Assembly (NCBI GenBank): GCA_000320545.1
Contig: ADNK01000067.1
Span: 38,715 to 102,714, forward strand
DNA from: Bigelowiella natans CCMP2755
Lineage: Eukaryota; Protista; Cercozoa
Length of the DNA: 64,000 nt
Reading direction: 5' to 3'
The notes beneath the pieces were generated by a model. It was not told the origin of the DNA, ran no database searches, and was given only the letters and a program-made list of their open reading frames with translations. Every line of letters starts with the position of its first letter. Position 1 is the stretch's first letter. The position numbers and the translations under genes were made by a program. Positions 39,699 to 57,346 of the stretch are shown here, in pieces.

Positions 39699-40744
39699 CA
39701 TGCACACGATTGAATTAATAATAATTGCAATAAGTAAACTCGGGTGGGGGCGAGATTCACACTGCGTCGAGCTTATTACTAGTGAGATTCTGATTGTTTT
39801 TCATCATCACCATCACCACCACCTTATTACCACTATCCTTACCACCACCTTCTTCTCTTCCTTATCTCCCATTCAAGATGACTGTGAGACTTACAAAGCT
39901 GCCGTAGCTTTCACCTGGTAAAGCCCCTACCAACCCGCTCCCATGCCACTAAAGGAAATGGCTCCCCCCCATTTTGTCAGGTTCCCATCCTAGGGGTTTT
40001 TTCATAAAAATTTACTTTCCCCTAAAGGACGTATTTGAGGTAGCAGGAGTATGTTGTTAAATGTCTTTGTTCGGGTAATAGTAAGGGTATAAAGAAACCA
40101 CTAGGGTCAAAATTGTGTCCCTTTTTTTTTTAAAACGGGAAGCTTCCCCCCCCCCCCCCCCCTCTTCCCCCCCCTCTCGCAGAAACCTTCCGGATCCGAG
40201 CGATTGAACGAAGATGCAGAGGGGGGCGAAAATGCTGGAGATGGCCGACAGTATCCTGAGCAAGACTACAATGTGCTAGCAGATGATGGGGGAGGTAACT
40301 CTACCCGATGATGTTCACAATGAGCAAATTATGTGGTTCTAATATGAGATAGATCCATTGCTGATTTCTTTCCGCTGCATGCTTGTGTGTTGTGTGTTTA
40401 TGCGCCACCGCAGAGGTTCTACGACAGGGGTCTAAATGGCAAAAATACACGGATGACGCCACAGGAGCTGTGCGTAGCATTTCGTCTATTCTTTGCAGCT
40501 TAGTATTTGTTTACGAGTTGTATCTTCCACTATTTCTATTGCACAATATCACACACGTGCACATGCACAAAAATAGTATCACACAGGCTTAAGCTTGCGT
40601 ACATGCTTCCTTGAATGAAGATTTGTTTGTAGCGAGTATTGTTCTGAATCGATGTATTTGGCTATTATTTTATGATTTTGTAAGCCATACTGGCACAATG
40701 CTGAGACTGGGGTTTCAACATGGACAAGACCTGCGGATGCATAA
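38205..40744 (+). CDS. MARVEL/CASP-like multi-pass membrane protein with C-terminal WW domain
   Basis: TM exons ILLPIFFVAIPVVGVLLLF, VIWLFSLLVLGMAG, KFMAAVGILVWLYSSVFAG, LVLGIDGTLFLLLFVAGIVAS, DCETYKAAVAFTW; terminal SKWQKYTDDATGA|PYWHNAETGVSTWTRPADA* is a WW domain. Start tentative. Confidence 0.7.
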
Positions 40745-41548
40745 TTTAACCACGTCGAGCGGGTCTCCAAAGTGGAGATCGATCTATCGATTCGCGAGGA
40801 GAAATATACCATTGGGAGTTTATATGCAGTTTAAAAAAGAATGCCTTTTCCCACAAAATGTTACATTAAAATAGGGTCACATATAATTATATGAACGTAA
40901 TACATGTACTACATTATGAATATGTTATTGACATGCATGCTGCGTAGCATGTAGTCTGTAGATTTGTATTAAGTACACAGCGACTACTGTCTGCAAACAC
41001 AACATCAAGAGCTCGTTCATTTGTGCACTTGCGCATCTAGGCATGCTCGTTGCGACGTACAAATGCCATGCTGTCACAATGTGAACCTACTTCCCGTCCC
41101 AATTTGTATTTCTGCGAGACATCATTGCTCCAGCAATGCACATCTAGACATGCCCATCCATGGAGACACAGACATCCATGGACATCTTTGTCCACGCGTG
41201 TCTGTCCATTGTCACATAATGGACAATAGTCTATCACATGGGATTCGCAGAGAATGGATGGAACGCAATGCATCTTGATGAAGTTTCCCTTCGCATGCCA
41301 GACATGTCATGCATGTGAGCCACCGCAGATGAATGAAATCTCGGGAAATGAGTAGTTTGCCAGTTCGGTTGCGCCATTCGGATGCCGAATTACTCAAAAC
41401 GCCCTGCTTTTTAACTATTGCGACAGATGGAAATCGGCACAGACATAGGCCGTTCCGGCGAAAAAAGCCGTGCCGTTTGGACGCTGGCAGGACCCACGCA
41501 GACCACGCGTTCAACTTTCCTTTGAAAAAGACAACATTTCGGGCTCTG

Positions 41549-46119
<4,571 letters not shown>

Positions 46120-46891
46120 TTCACTTTTTGTGGAGACACATGTAGCTGCTAGACTAGCTGTCACGTGAGTGACGAATGATTGACAATGTGGATGCAGTCA
46201 CTATGCACAATGCGAGACAGATGGAATGAACGATTTAAAATTTTCAGTGCTAGAATTGTGATCCGAAGTGGCCATGCAAAGATGGGCCACAGTGCTAAGA
46301 TTTCATTCATCATTCATCAGCCTAGCTTGGCAGTGCAAGCCGCACTGGTGCACGTGAATGCCAACAATGATGAACGATCTGTTCGCGCACTCGCAATCGG
46401 ACATCTGAAAGTGCTTCACGCATCTAGGCATGTGCAATGTGTCACCTTGTCACTTTCGCTGGTTCGGCCATCACCAGATCGATCGCATTCACCCAGCCAC
46501 GTGCATTGCCAATTGGCCAGATTGGTCACGCAAGCTGGCAAGTCCATCATCAGATCTCCAGAAGTGAGCAATGCTGGAATGCTAGGAATGCTGGATTGGG
46601 CATTGAACATTGAACCGAGCATTGATGCAAAAACAACGTGCGCAAGAATGGGAGACATGCATTTGTACGAGGCTGCGCGATGATAGACATGCAATACACA
46701 ATATATACATAATGTGTCTATTATCGCGCCTTCAGACAAAAATCATTGCGAGCAGCGCACAAGCTGTTGGTGTGGATGGGTGAGCAGTTCTTCCACGCAA
46801 AGGCAGTTCTCAAATTAGTTTGCATTTTTAACCTGCGACAGAGAAATTATGTCCAATCCTCGAAGTTTTGCTCGACAAAAAGTCTCGATTA

Positions 46892-46964
46892 AGCCATCTC
46901 CGAGATTCGAACTCGGGACCTTCTCTTTACAAGAGAGATGCACTAACCACTGTGCTAAGACGGC
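46892..46964 (-). tRNA. tRNA-Thr (anticodon UGU)
   Basis: GCCGTCT TA GCAC AGTGGTTA GTGC A TCTCT CT-TGT-AA AGAGA AGGTC CCGAG TTCGAAT CTCGG AGATGGC T: full cloverleaf with A and B boxes; T5 Pol III terminator about 10 nt downstream. Confidence 0.97.
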
Positions 46965-47256
46965 ACGACAGAACAGTTTGCACTCGGTGTAAATTATTTA
47001 TACCCATATTATATATTTAGGTTCTTGTCCAAAAAAATATTCTGGAAATTTCTGGGAATAGTAGCTTCAAGAACTTCTGAGCACAGGGACAGATTAAGAG
47101 GATCCCTTTGTTCCAAAGATTAATCGAAATTACCCATATTTTGAATAATATGAACGTAGCTTTCCTAATCTGTTCATTTATTTTGATAAACTTATGTCTT
47201 AATTTTTAAGAGTCCTTCGTCACCCTCCTCTCAACCGCTTGGATCAACAATCCGCC

Positions 47257-48921
47257 ATGTCAGTGTTGTTGCTAACGCTCTTCCTCTATGTCCCACCGAC
47301 TGCTGCAATGGCTGTGCAGTCTGAACCTTTCGTTAACATTAGGATCTACAACGAGGTACTAATGTAGATACATATGACCTATGAGTAGTCATTCGGGATA
47401 ATTTTCTCTTCTTCAGGACTTGTCTTTAGATGTAACAAGATACACTGGAGGTTATGACTTCATAAATTTCAAGCCAAATGCAACTTTACTCTATAAATAC
47501 GATAAAATTACCATGAGTAAAAGCTTTGACAATGCACTTTGGAGCTTTGACAATGCACTTTGGATTGAGGAGCAAGCACGGTATTAATCATCACGATGTC
47601 TCGTCATTGTTACTGATGATGTCACCTCAGGGTTTATGATGCGTCCGATGCTGATAGTCTCTCTGAGACTGACAAAACTTTCAACATCATCGTCAATGCG
47701 GTATGTTGACTTATGTCCCGTTATATTACGGAAAATCATCTTACTCAACTTTTAACCAACAGGGGATCCTGTTGACCGTGTTGCTTTCACTAAATGCGTC
47801 ACATGGTATTCTGTGCGCGATGTATACGTAAATTTGCCTGTAATTTGCTGTATCCTTGGTTAATGATCACTAATACGTTGAACGTTATCATTCAGTCTCA
47901 TATGTTGAAAACAAGATCACTGGCATTTTACGAAGCCACGATCACCGTGGAAACAGTCCATTCGGAAGTAGTCGAGTCTCGTCTTCCTGGGCTAGTGTTC
48001 GACAAATAAACGGTGGAACAACTGAGCACAAATGCAAGCATGATTGTGCTAAGCATTATACGGAAGATCCGGCCCAGTATCCCAGTACCTCAGAAAAGGG
48101 AGAGGGAATTGGTAGTTTACACGGAAATCAAAAAAGAAAGGTCAAATTACTTGCGGCATTCTCCTCTCCTTCGCATGCTACCGTTAATGGCACACAGATC
48201 GCAGTAGAGGGATTGCGCTTAATGTCCGAAATGAGATCCTTCCAAAAAGTATTTCCTTCCGAGTCGATCATGATGCTTCCTGCTGCTGCGTACGAAGACC
48301 TCGTATCAGCTTTAAATGTTGTGGATCCCGAAATATTACATTTATCTGGGCATTGCTTGGAAGGAAAATGGGTGTTCGAGGGAGACAGTAGGGAGGTAAG
48401 TTGTGTTCCGGGCAGGAAGTTAGGAAAGTTACTCTCAACTGTCAAAACCCTAAATTGCATAGTGCTAAGCGGTTGCAGAAGCATTGGGATCGGGGAAACC
48501 CTGCGAAAGTATGTTCCGAAACGAGTGAGAATAGTGTGTTCGTCGACAAAACTAAACAATACTTTTGCCTCGGAATTCTGCAGCGAGTTTTATCGACAGG
48601 TTGGTAATTATTCCATCACAGTCTAAAATACAACGAGTGTCTGATTTGTACCGTATTTCGCAGCTTGAGAAGAAAAATTGGAACGCGGGCACTATCGACG
48701 ATTGCTATTTAAATACTAAATCGATGCTTAGTTGCAGTAGTAGAGAGTTAAAATTTGGAGATCCATCGAAGCATCTACATGTTGTGGTTGATGGTGTCCC
48801 ACTTTTAGATTTTAATCATTTGGGGGAGCCACACGAAGTGGGTCCTGATGGTGTCCCTATTTATTCGCAAAGTTGCAGGAGATGTAATCCGAAGGTGGGA
48901 GGAGTCTTTACCATGCTTTAG
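47257..48921 (+). CDS. Signal peptide + small ectodomain + single TM + cytosolic CHAT (caspase/separase-like) protease domain, about 445 aa, 6 exons
   Basis: Exons 47257-47355, 47417-47580, 47631-47700, 47763-47805, 47896-48599, 48664-48921 splice in frame. SP MSVLLLTLFLYVPPTAAMA; TM FNIIVNAGILLTVLLSLNA; CHAT KLLAAFSSP..LRLMSE..PAA.YEDL..AL....PEILHLSGH..VFE..LNCIVLSGC.S...F...FY. Confidence 0.8.
47522..47563 (+). repeat. Exact in-frame 21-bp tandem duplication (SFDNALW x2)
   Basis: AGCTTTGACAATGCACTTTGG repeated twice. Confidence 0.95.
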
Positions 48922-49647
48922 ATCGATAAATTTTATGAAACAGTCTTGTTAAGGGCGGGAATGCGTAGACTCAATGAATGATGATAATTTCTATGAAAAC
49001 AAAGTTGACAACATTGAAATGCATGTAGTAGTTCCAATAGTTCAGAACGACTAGATGGTGATATTGAAAAACTGCTACGCCCATCTAGCCATCCCATGCG
49101 AGCAATAAGTACTAGAAATGGCAATTTCAATGCACACACTGCGCCGCTGAATGCAAGTACGTCTATCTAGACGTGCTAGCGAAGTGTTCTCTGGATTCTG
49201 TTGTTGCTTCGCATCACCTCATTCACACACAGGCGCTGCATGCGTGGCTCGTGTTTTGTTGCGTGATCGAGAGTGCGTGCGTGCCCATCTAGCCATCATG
49301 TTTCTACAGCACACATACAAGTTAAGTCTACTAGTCTAGTCTAGCTAGCTTGTTAGTGGTGTTAGCACAAATCAAGATTAGGTGATAGTGACACGCCATG
49401 TGATGTGATGTTCGGCAATAATCGGTTGAAATTTTCGATTTTATGCATGCATGCAACAACATGTGAACGTTGCGTCGACATTATTTCATCACGCTGAATT
49501 CATCACTTATTAATCCAATTGCATTATTCAGTTTGCTGCATCACACATACCTGACCATTTTGTATGGTAATAATCCGTCAATATTACTGTTATTTATTAT
49601 TTAGACTTCTAGCTTTAATCCTATTCATCTTTGGTCGATGATGACGA

Positions 49648-50922
49648 CTACTGAGAATCAACAACTCTCAAAAATTGACATAGGCAAATAGCCCAATCTG
49701 GGGTGTGAATCCAAGAATAGTAGACAAAAAAATACAGCACTCCTATGACAACATAAATTCCTACATCATAAATCGGATCATAAACGTTGGGTGCATAGTA
49801 ATCCCTTACACTGCCAGGCGTCGTGAGGAATATTACTCCAACTATTGCCGCCAGGATAGTGGCAACTAAAGTCAAAACTGCACTCGAAATTTGAGTACAT
49901 CGCATTTTCCGCATTAGCTTCCTTGCAGCAACCTGCATAAAGCAAATGTAAATTTGATTGATTAGCAAGAATATTGTGTTAAATCCAATTTAAATCTATA
50001 CTTTTTTTTTTTCCTTCCTTGCAATCCGATCTCTTTTAGATTTACTTAATGCAGTTCCCTGGGCTTCTCCTTTTTTCAAGCTTGCTGCAGATTCTCTCAT
50101 TTCACGAAGATCAATGGATTTGATTCCCGGTGCATGCTTGATTCTCGATTTATGGGATCCATTATGGGGGCTATTGTCGCGGCAACGCTGCATACCAGAA
50201 TTCAAAGGGGAGTCACGAAACTTCCTAATAGAATTATTGGGTGATAGGATGATTGAGGCTATCCCATTTGCGTTGTTGTCCTTGCCTTCGATATGAGATT
50301 CCCCCTTGTTTTTACTATTTTTTGAGGCTGTTGATGAAGCATATATTCTTCCAAATTTATTCAATGAATCATTAAGATCTATAGTGTCAGCTAATTTCGC
50401 AAATTTCCTTTCATTACTGTTAAGTTCCTGTTTAGCATCTTTAGCTTTTCGTCGCTGCCGTTCCAACGATGAATATTCAGCCGACTTTTTAGCTTGGATA
50501 AGCAACAGGCCCAAGGCATACGTTATCATCGAGCCAACAACGAGAGTAGCGAATGATGTCGTGAATCCCCGGAACGAAAAAAAACGAATTTCATTTGTCG
50601 CCACAGCCAGAATTATAGAAACACTTTGAACAACTATGTAACATATTTCCTGAAACAAGTATATAATGAGAAAGTAGTAGTTCATACGAAGTGGATCTTA
50701 CGATTGTCCGTGCGATGATTGAATAATATCCGGGCTGAAAGAAACAAGGCAAACTTCAGCAATTAAAGAGATTGTGATGTGTTTTAGTACAACCATTTTC
50801 ATGCTCCTTCCCTTCTGATTTCTTACTCGCGAGGTCAAAGCAATTATTTGATACGAAGATTGAATGATGACAAAGCCCGTTGCAAAGGCACATAAATAAG
50901 CTAGTGTCTGGTATGTGTTCAT
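49648..50922 (-). CDS. GPCR-like multi-pass membrane protein with long basic intracellular loop (6 visible TMs; frame break near 50745)
   Basis: Hydrophobic segments LAYLCAFATGFVII, VVLKHITISLIAE, ICYIVVQSVSIILAV, FATLVVGSMITYALGLLLI, then a ~150-aa K/S/N-rich loop, then SAVLTLVATILAAIVGVIF and GIYVVIGVLYFFVYYSW. Confidence 0.55.
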
Positions 50923-51855
50923 TTGTTATAAATCTACGACTGAGAGTAATTAAGAAAGTTACCGTTGCATATGATGTTGTAAGGGCTATTAACTGCCAAG
51001 GAAACACAAATGGTTCATGATGGCCAAGTACTCCGATAAACAGCAATATGAAGGCTATGAGATCCATCCTTGACATGAAAATAGGGGAAATTAGTTATTG
51101 GAGAGGCCCTTTTAAGTTTAGTTTACGCACCAATGAAGTTTTCGATGTAGAGCTACCGCAGTTTTGTGACTGTTCGATGCATGAATCTGGATTAGAAGTA
51201 GGGCTATTCCCAAGAGGCACAGGGCCCCTTTCACCCCATCCGATACTACGAAGATCAGTTGCTCTTGTTTCATTTTTGCACGAGGGTCGTTCTGAGTTCT
51301 GAGGGCGTGCGGTTATCCTCCACTCGCAGCGACATGAAAAGTCGCCTGCGTTCCGTCGATACGTGCGGGAACTGTGGATTTTGAGCGTATCGAGCGTCCA
51401 ACTGTGTGCAACCCGGCCCGTTGGTTGATGAATATTTTCGAATATCTTAAGTCTTAGCTAAAATTCAGTCCTTTTCCACGAAATAGGAACAGCTTGCTGT
51501 TGTCTCACCACAAGCAAGCGCGACAAGTACAGTGGCTGCAATCTTGTACCCTCGTAGTGGGCCGTAGCGTACCCCCTTTTTCTCCGTTTTTTTTTTTCCA
51601 GGTAACTTTTTATTGTCGCATTCTTATTTCAAGAATGGTTTCTCGTACGACTGTAAAGCTCCCAGATGGGAGCACCAGCAGCACTAACAGCACTGTATCG
51701 ATTCCTCTCGAGTATTTCTCGCGTTAAACTCGAACACGTGATCCCGGTAAAAACCGGAATTCGTTTTGATGGACAGGACGGCTGAAAGGATTTCTCTCCG
51801 AGAATCTCCATGATGTCTCGATATAATCTCGAACAAAAAGCTTGTGGTTGACAAA

Positions 51856-54800
51856 ATGAGCTTCACTTACAGTAAGGCCCCTGGCGGGTCGAATTTGAAG
51901 AAGTTTTACGGCAAATCAGCTTCTTCGGAGCATGCTGCGAGGGCACATCGAACGCGGAAAAGGGTAGCTCAGGTTAGAATAGCAAACCCAATGTTGATTT
52001 TGCTTTTATGTTTAAGATATCATCTATTGTCACATAGAAAACGAATATTTGATCACGTAGACCTCATAATCGCATTCTACTATGGATTTTTCTCAATTTC
52101 TTAACATCTATGATGCTGCGTTAAATGACTTACAAATATCATTATCTATCTAAGGAGTTACTTTCTACTGAGGAAAGGTCTTCCAGATTGCCGTCAATCA
52201 ACCAGCATCTAAACATGATTCAGCGGTTTGCATGTTTTAATTTGATTGTTCAGCTACATCAATTCTCTTCGCATGGTATGTATGCACTTTCAAAAACCAC
52301 TTCTTAGTGCTGCCGAATCAAGTAGGCCTATACTTTCCCACAGAGTATGTCATATATTTAAACAGAATGTAAACACCATCTTAAAAACTTTGCAATACAG
52401 GACATAAATCTGATTTTCTCCAATATAAAGTCGATACGTGATCTTAATGTAAACTTCTACTTGGTAGCTTTCAGTATTCATAAAGCAAAATATTGGCTAG
52501 TGAATCTACAATTCCGATCAGGACCTCCGAAGAAGAATTGAAAACTACACTATAAATACTAGACTTGGTAAAGTGCTGCTGGATTTTGTACCTTATTTTA
52601 AGGTTTGCAAAGACGAATATTGCACAAATTGTTTCAACTCTTAAATCTGTATCGAATAGATGTATACAAAATATGTGGAGCATACTGAAAACAAAGAGAC
52701 TAGAGAAATTATGAAGATGTTGGATGCCAACACGGTAGTACTCTCTTGTGTACATCAGGCTTGTGCTCACTCGTCATTCTTACACAATTAGCCAACATCA
52801 ATGTTTAAGAGATTTCACAGCGAAAAGTGTGCTGAAATAAATTGCCTTCCACTTCCGGCACTGCTTATTACTCCTATCCAGGTTTTACTTTTGCATCAAA
52901 TTCTGCTAGTCTTTTTGACGATTGCTTATTTAGCGCATTCCTCGATATAAATTGCTCGTAACTGAATATCTAAAAAACACTGCGAAGAGCCATCCAGATT
53001 ATCAAGATTTGCTAAAAGCGTTGGAGAAAATCGAAGAGACAGCAGAGTAATGAAATTTATAGGTTCACTTGAATATTGACTTACAGCATGAATATAAATC
53101 TCAAGGTATATGAACGAATCTATCAAAAAGGCTGAGAACCGAGCCAAGATTATTGAAATTTCGGATCTATTTTCTCAGGATCCAGGTTGATTCTGCATTT
53201 CTAAGATTCATACTATTGGGATATTAATGACTTCTGCAGGCTTTGTCTCGCCAAGTCGTAGCTATGAGATGGATGGAATCCTTTTCAAAAGGGTATAGAC
53301 TAATGACTCTATTTAAACTCCACTATATAGAGTGGTTACTCACATCAAAGTTATGTAGTCTCGTAAGGAAGATATTCGGTATAGATTCTTCTTATTCAAC
53401 GATATTCTAGCTTATGCCAAGGTATCTATTTAATATTTGTACATGAACACTATTCAGATTCTTAGCTCTTGAATTGTGTAAACTTGCAGGAAACGAAAGA
53501 TGGGTACGTACTTCATAGGCGAATACCTATAGATTCGTCATTCATGATTCGACCAGTCAAGGACAAAACTGCAGAACCGATCTCCTTTCAGATAATGAAT
53601 TCTGTAAAATCTTTTGAGGTGCACCAACACTTCATTCTAAATAACTAAACTACTTCTTTTGATAGTTATTATAATTGCACAGGTATACTCTGCAAATGCT
53701 GAGGAGAAAGAGAAGTGGATGAAATCCTTTGCCGCAGTAACAAAGGTTTGGCAACACAAAATGTTTTCGCAATTCTGAGGCTTCAATTCTACCTTGCCAG
53801 AGAGTTCCAACAGAATCGAACGGCAAGCACTCAAAAAGTCACCAGCGCGCAGTATTACAATTCAGAAAGCTAGAATACTGTCAAATACAGGTATAAAATT
53901 TCATCCATAAATTTCATTTTGAGCAAAATTATTTAAGTTCTGAAACAAGTTGGTAGATATCCAGAACCAAAATAGAAATATGTGAAGAAAAACATCAATA
54001 ATTGTACAACATCAATAATTCTTAATTGATTTTCAAAGAAAATGAAAAATGGAAAACCATGCCGGAGAAAATTTGGGTTGTTCACAAAAAGGTCCTATCA
54101 TGTAAGTCTTTAAGTTCTGTAATATAAAGTGAATTTTAATTGCCAGGCATAACTGCAAGAAATGTGGAAGTTTGTGCTGTGCTTCGTGTTCTCCGTATCA
54201 TGTTTACATTTATGAAGGAGCGGCTAGAAAGGAAAGAGGTATATATAATAAATCAATGCGAGCACTATATATTGCTAAAGTTCACATATAAACGACAGTT
54301 TGTACCATGTGCATACGGCCATTAATGGAATTAAAGTCGAACAGGTTACGCTACATAGTAATAGTAATATGGATGAGTAAAGACGTATAATTTCCAGAAA
54401 TCTCTATAAGCCAAAAAATCTACCTAGTATTGTCGAAGTCTCTTCACTACAGGTACTCTTATTTGCACTTGCGTTTTTAGTGGAAATTCTCCATTTGCGA
54501 CACTCATTTAGACACGATCGCAATCGGTCCCAGAAGCAAGTAATCAACAATCTCACTTCTCGTGTTATGAGGAAGGCGTTCATGGGACAATTCACATTCT
54601 ATTAATTGGAGGTCCTGGCTATGACGGCATGCCTGTAACTTCTCCAACACTATTAAATTTCTTCTTAGCAAAGGATTTATACATGAAGAATCGAACACCT
54701 AACTCCTATGTAATATTTTCGCGGTCAGGATTAGAACTGGTAATATTTGAAAATTAGGTTGCTTCTTGCAAAGTTTGTATTAAGTATTCATTTTGACAAC

Positions 54801-55358
54801 AGTGCAAAAGTGCGGTTGCGCGCAAATCTGAATCGCCAGTGTGGAATCAGGTCACTCTTTTCTCTTTATTAGTATCATTATGCAAATGCAACCCAATTTC
54901 ATTTGCCCTCCGTAAAATAGAATTTTAAGTTTTACGTTGAAGATTTACAAGATCCTATGCTTGCTGAGGTAACTTTCGATCAATGCAGCTACTACTTTAA
55001 ATTATATGGTTATGGTTGATAATGATAGATAAGAGACGCAAATAGTATATCGGGTCAGGATGATAAGATTGGACAAGCTATAGTTGACATATGTCTCCTC
55101 GGAAGAAAAAGAGGATTACAACATTGGACTGAAATTCCACTTAAACTTGATAATGGCACGTTAGCTGGCACGATAGAAATGAAAATTAAGTTTACACCTG
55201 CCATGAGGAAAAAAAAAGTAGGAAGTCGGCCACGATCAATATCGAATTTTGAGGGAATAAAAAGCATATCCCTAAATGTGTTTACAAGGAACAAACTTCC
55301 GTCTACCACTATAGCTTCACCCCCTTCTATGACAATATCTTCGACTTCCTCTACATGA
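51856..55358 (+). CDS. RhoGEF with DH-PH-FYVE-C2 architecture (FGD/frabin-like), many short introns
   Basis: R.RVAQ|ELLSTEE, LPALLITPIQ|RIPRYKLLV..YLKNT...HPDYQDL (DH); RYRFFLFNDILAYA, EEKEKWM (PH); KFGLFTKR|HNCKKCGSLCCASCS..RVCTMC (FYVE); DDKIGQAIVDI..W.EIPL....GTIEMKIKF (C2); stop 55356-55358. Confidence 0.88.
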
Positions 55359-56777
55359 TATCGGTTTCCACGTATAGCATACGCAACGTTGTGACGATCC
55401 TTGCAAGATGCCTTGTGGCCCTCGCACAAAGCAGTGCAAATGCTTGGTTTTCACTTGCATTGACAGCAAGCAATCCCCCTCCACATGAACAAATGATAAT
55501 TTCGTGACGTGAGTTCGTGGTGTATCTCGTGTGAATGCTACATGCGTGCTTGCCTAGATGCGCGATGTGGTTCACCAGACCACTCTAGCACTGCTATTTC
55601 CATGTCCTAGATCTCGAGACATGTCATTAAGTTTGCATAAATTGACTTGCATGCTGTCATTTGAACCCTCTAGCCCTGAATTGCCATCTGTGACGAAGAG
55701 CAGACTGGAGACATCGCACAGAAAGGACTGGGCGAAGGTGTAGTTGAGTTGTCCAGGCATGTTCAGTGCAGTATTTCCGATGCCGATGCTTTGAACCGGC
55801 ACACAAGCATTGCATCGATCCAACATGTCTACATAGATGTGTCTGCAGGTGTGTTCTTTGAAACAATGGTTTTGTGACCGTTGCATGCTGGCATGCTCTA
55901 GTGCTAGCATGGCACAAATGTGATGTGCAATGAACACTTAGCCCGCAGATGATGTGCACATCTTGAAAGCTGCTTCGAAAGCGCTCTCGAAAGATCTCAA
56001 ATGCCATTCATTTTTGGTGGTTCCTGAGGCCCCTAGAACAGGGAGAGACATCATCATTGGGAATCGATGGGTAGGTGCTGCAAGCTAGCATGCAAGGCAA
56101 TCATCAGGCAATGACACTTGCATTGCATGTGTCAGTGTGTGTCCTTATTCATCATCACACCTGACCACAGATCATGGACACATTGCACAGCTGAATTGGA
56201 AGGGGAAACAAAAGCTTCGCAATCTCTGCTTTGGGACAGCTAGACAGGCTAGCAGGTCTCTCATTTTCCGCCTTTCGACGTAACATGCACCTCTAGACCT
56301 GCTAACTTGCACCTTGCAATATGGATGTGCCATGTGGCACGCAACCATCTAGCCATGCCATCATGTTGGAACTTGTGGCATCTAGGCATTGCGCATGCGG
56401 AGTGCTGCGCCGCACAAAGATGTGCACAAACTCACACATAGACTGCAAAGATTGACAACATTCCAGCATTGGCCACATTCGAGTCATCACATCATTGTCG
56501 TTCACTCACACGTGCACACCTGCGCATGCATGTGGCGCTACTCACTTAGTGCAGGTCGACAGATGATGTTGTGGAGGCTGCCATAACTGAGATGCGAACT
56601 AATGCTGGTGCTGCGAAGCTACAAATTCTGAAGCAATGTGCCCACGTGCTCACGACAACACGTGGACATGTGATGCATGATGCGAGAAAATGACATCCAT
56701 CTGTCCAAAGAAGGATGGCAAACGATGCATGATGGTCGAAAGGAAATGTTAGGAATCCCCACATACACGGGAAGGCT

Positions 56778-57290
56778 TTAATTATTTTTCTTGCTTGTGG
56801 CGCGCTTGATCGTGGATGCAGCTTTTTTCCTTTTTCGAGCCTTAATTGCAGCGTCCCTTTGAACATTGTAGATATACCTATATATTTCACGCATTCGATT
56901 GATCGATGGCATTTGAATGCATCAGGCTTCTATGTTATTAGCATACAAAGAGAGAGAGAGCGAGAGAGAGAGAACGCTCATTGACAAGCAAGATAGGGAT
57001 CGTTTCCAGCGTCGTTACAGTATCATAAAACATGAAACATCGTTATTTTGACAAATGACCAATTTCTCTCTCTCAAGTTATTTTTCTCATATTTAATCTA
57101 TGCAACTTCATGCACGCGGGGCGAGAAAAGAGCACGACCATATGCCTCCGGAGATAAGGAAGAAGAGGATCGTTAGCATGTGCGATTCCAAAAATTCCTT
57201 CACGGGTGACATCGCATAACTTCCGGTTGAAAATTTTTGTTCACCCAGCCGAAGGAACATAGATAAATGCACAAACACACAATCAAATAA

Positions 57291-57346
<56 letters not shown>

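Noticed and set aside
46892-51100. tRNA-anchored integrated island containing the CHAT and 7TM genes
   Set aside because: No integrase, no duplicated tRNA 3' end seen, and both genes have spliceosomal introns.
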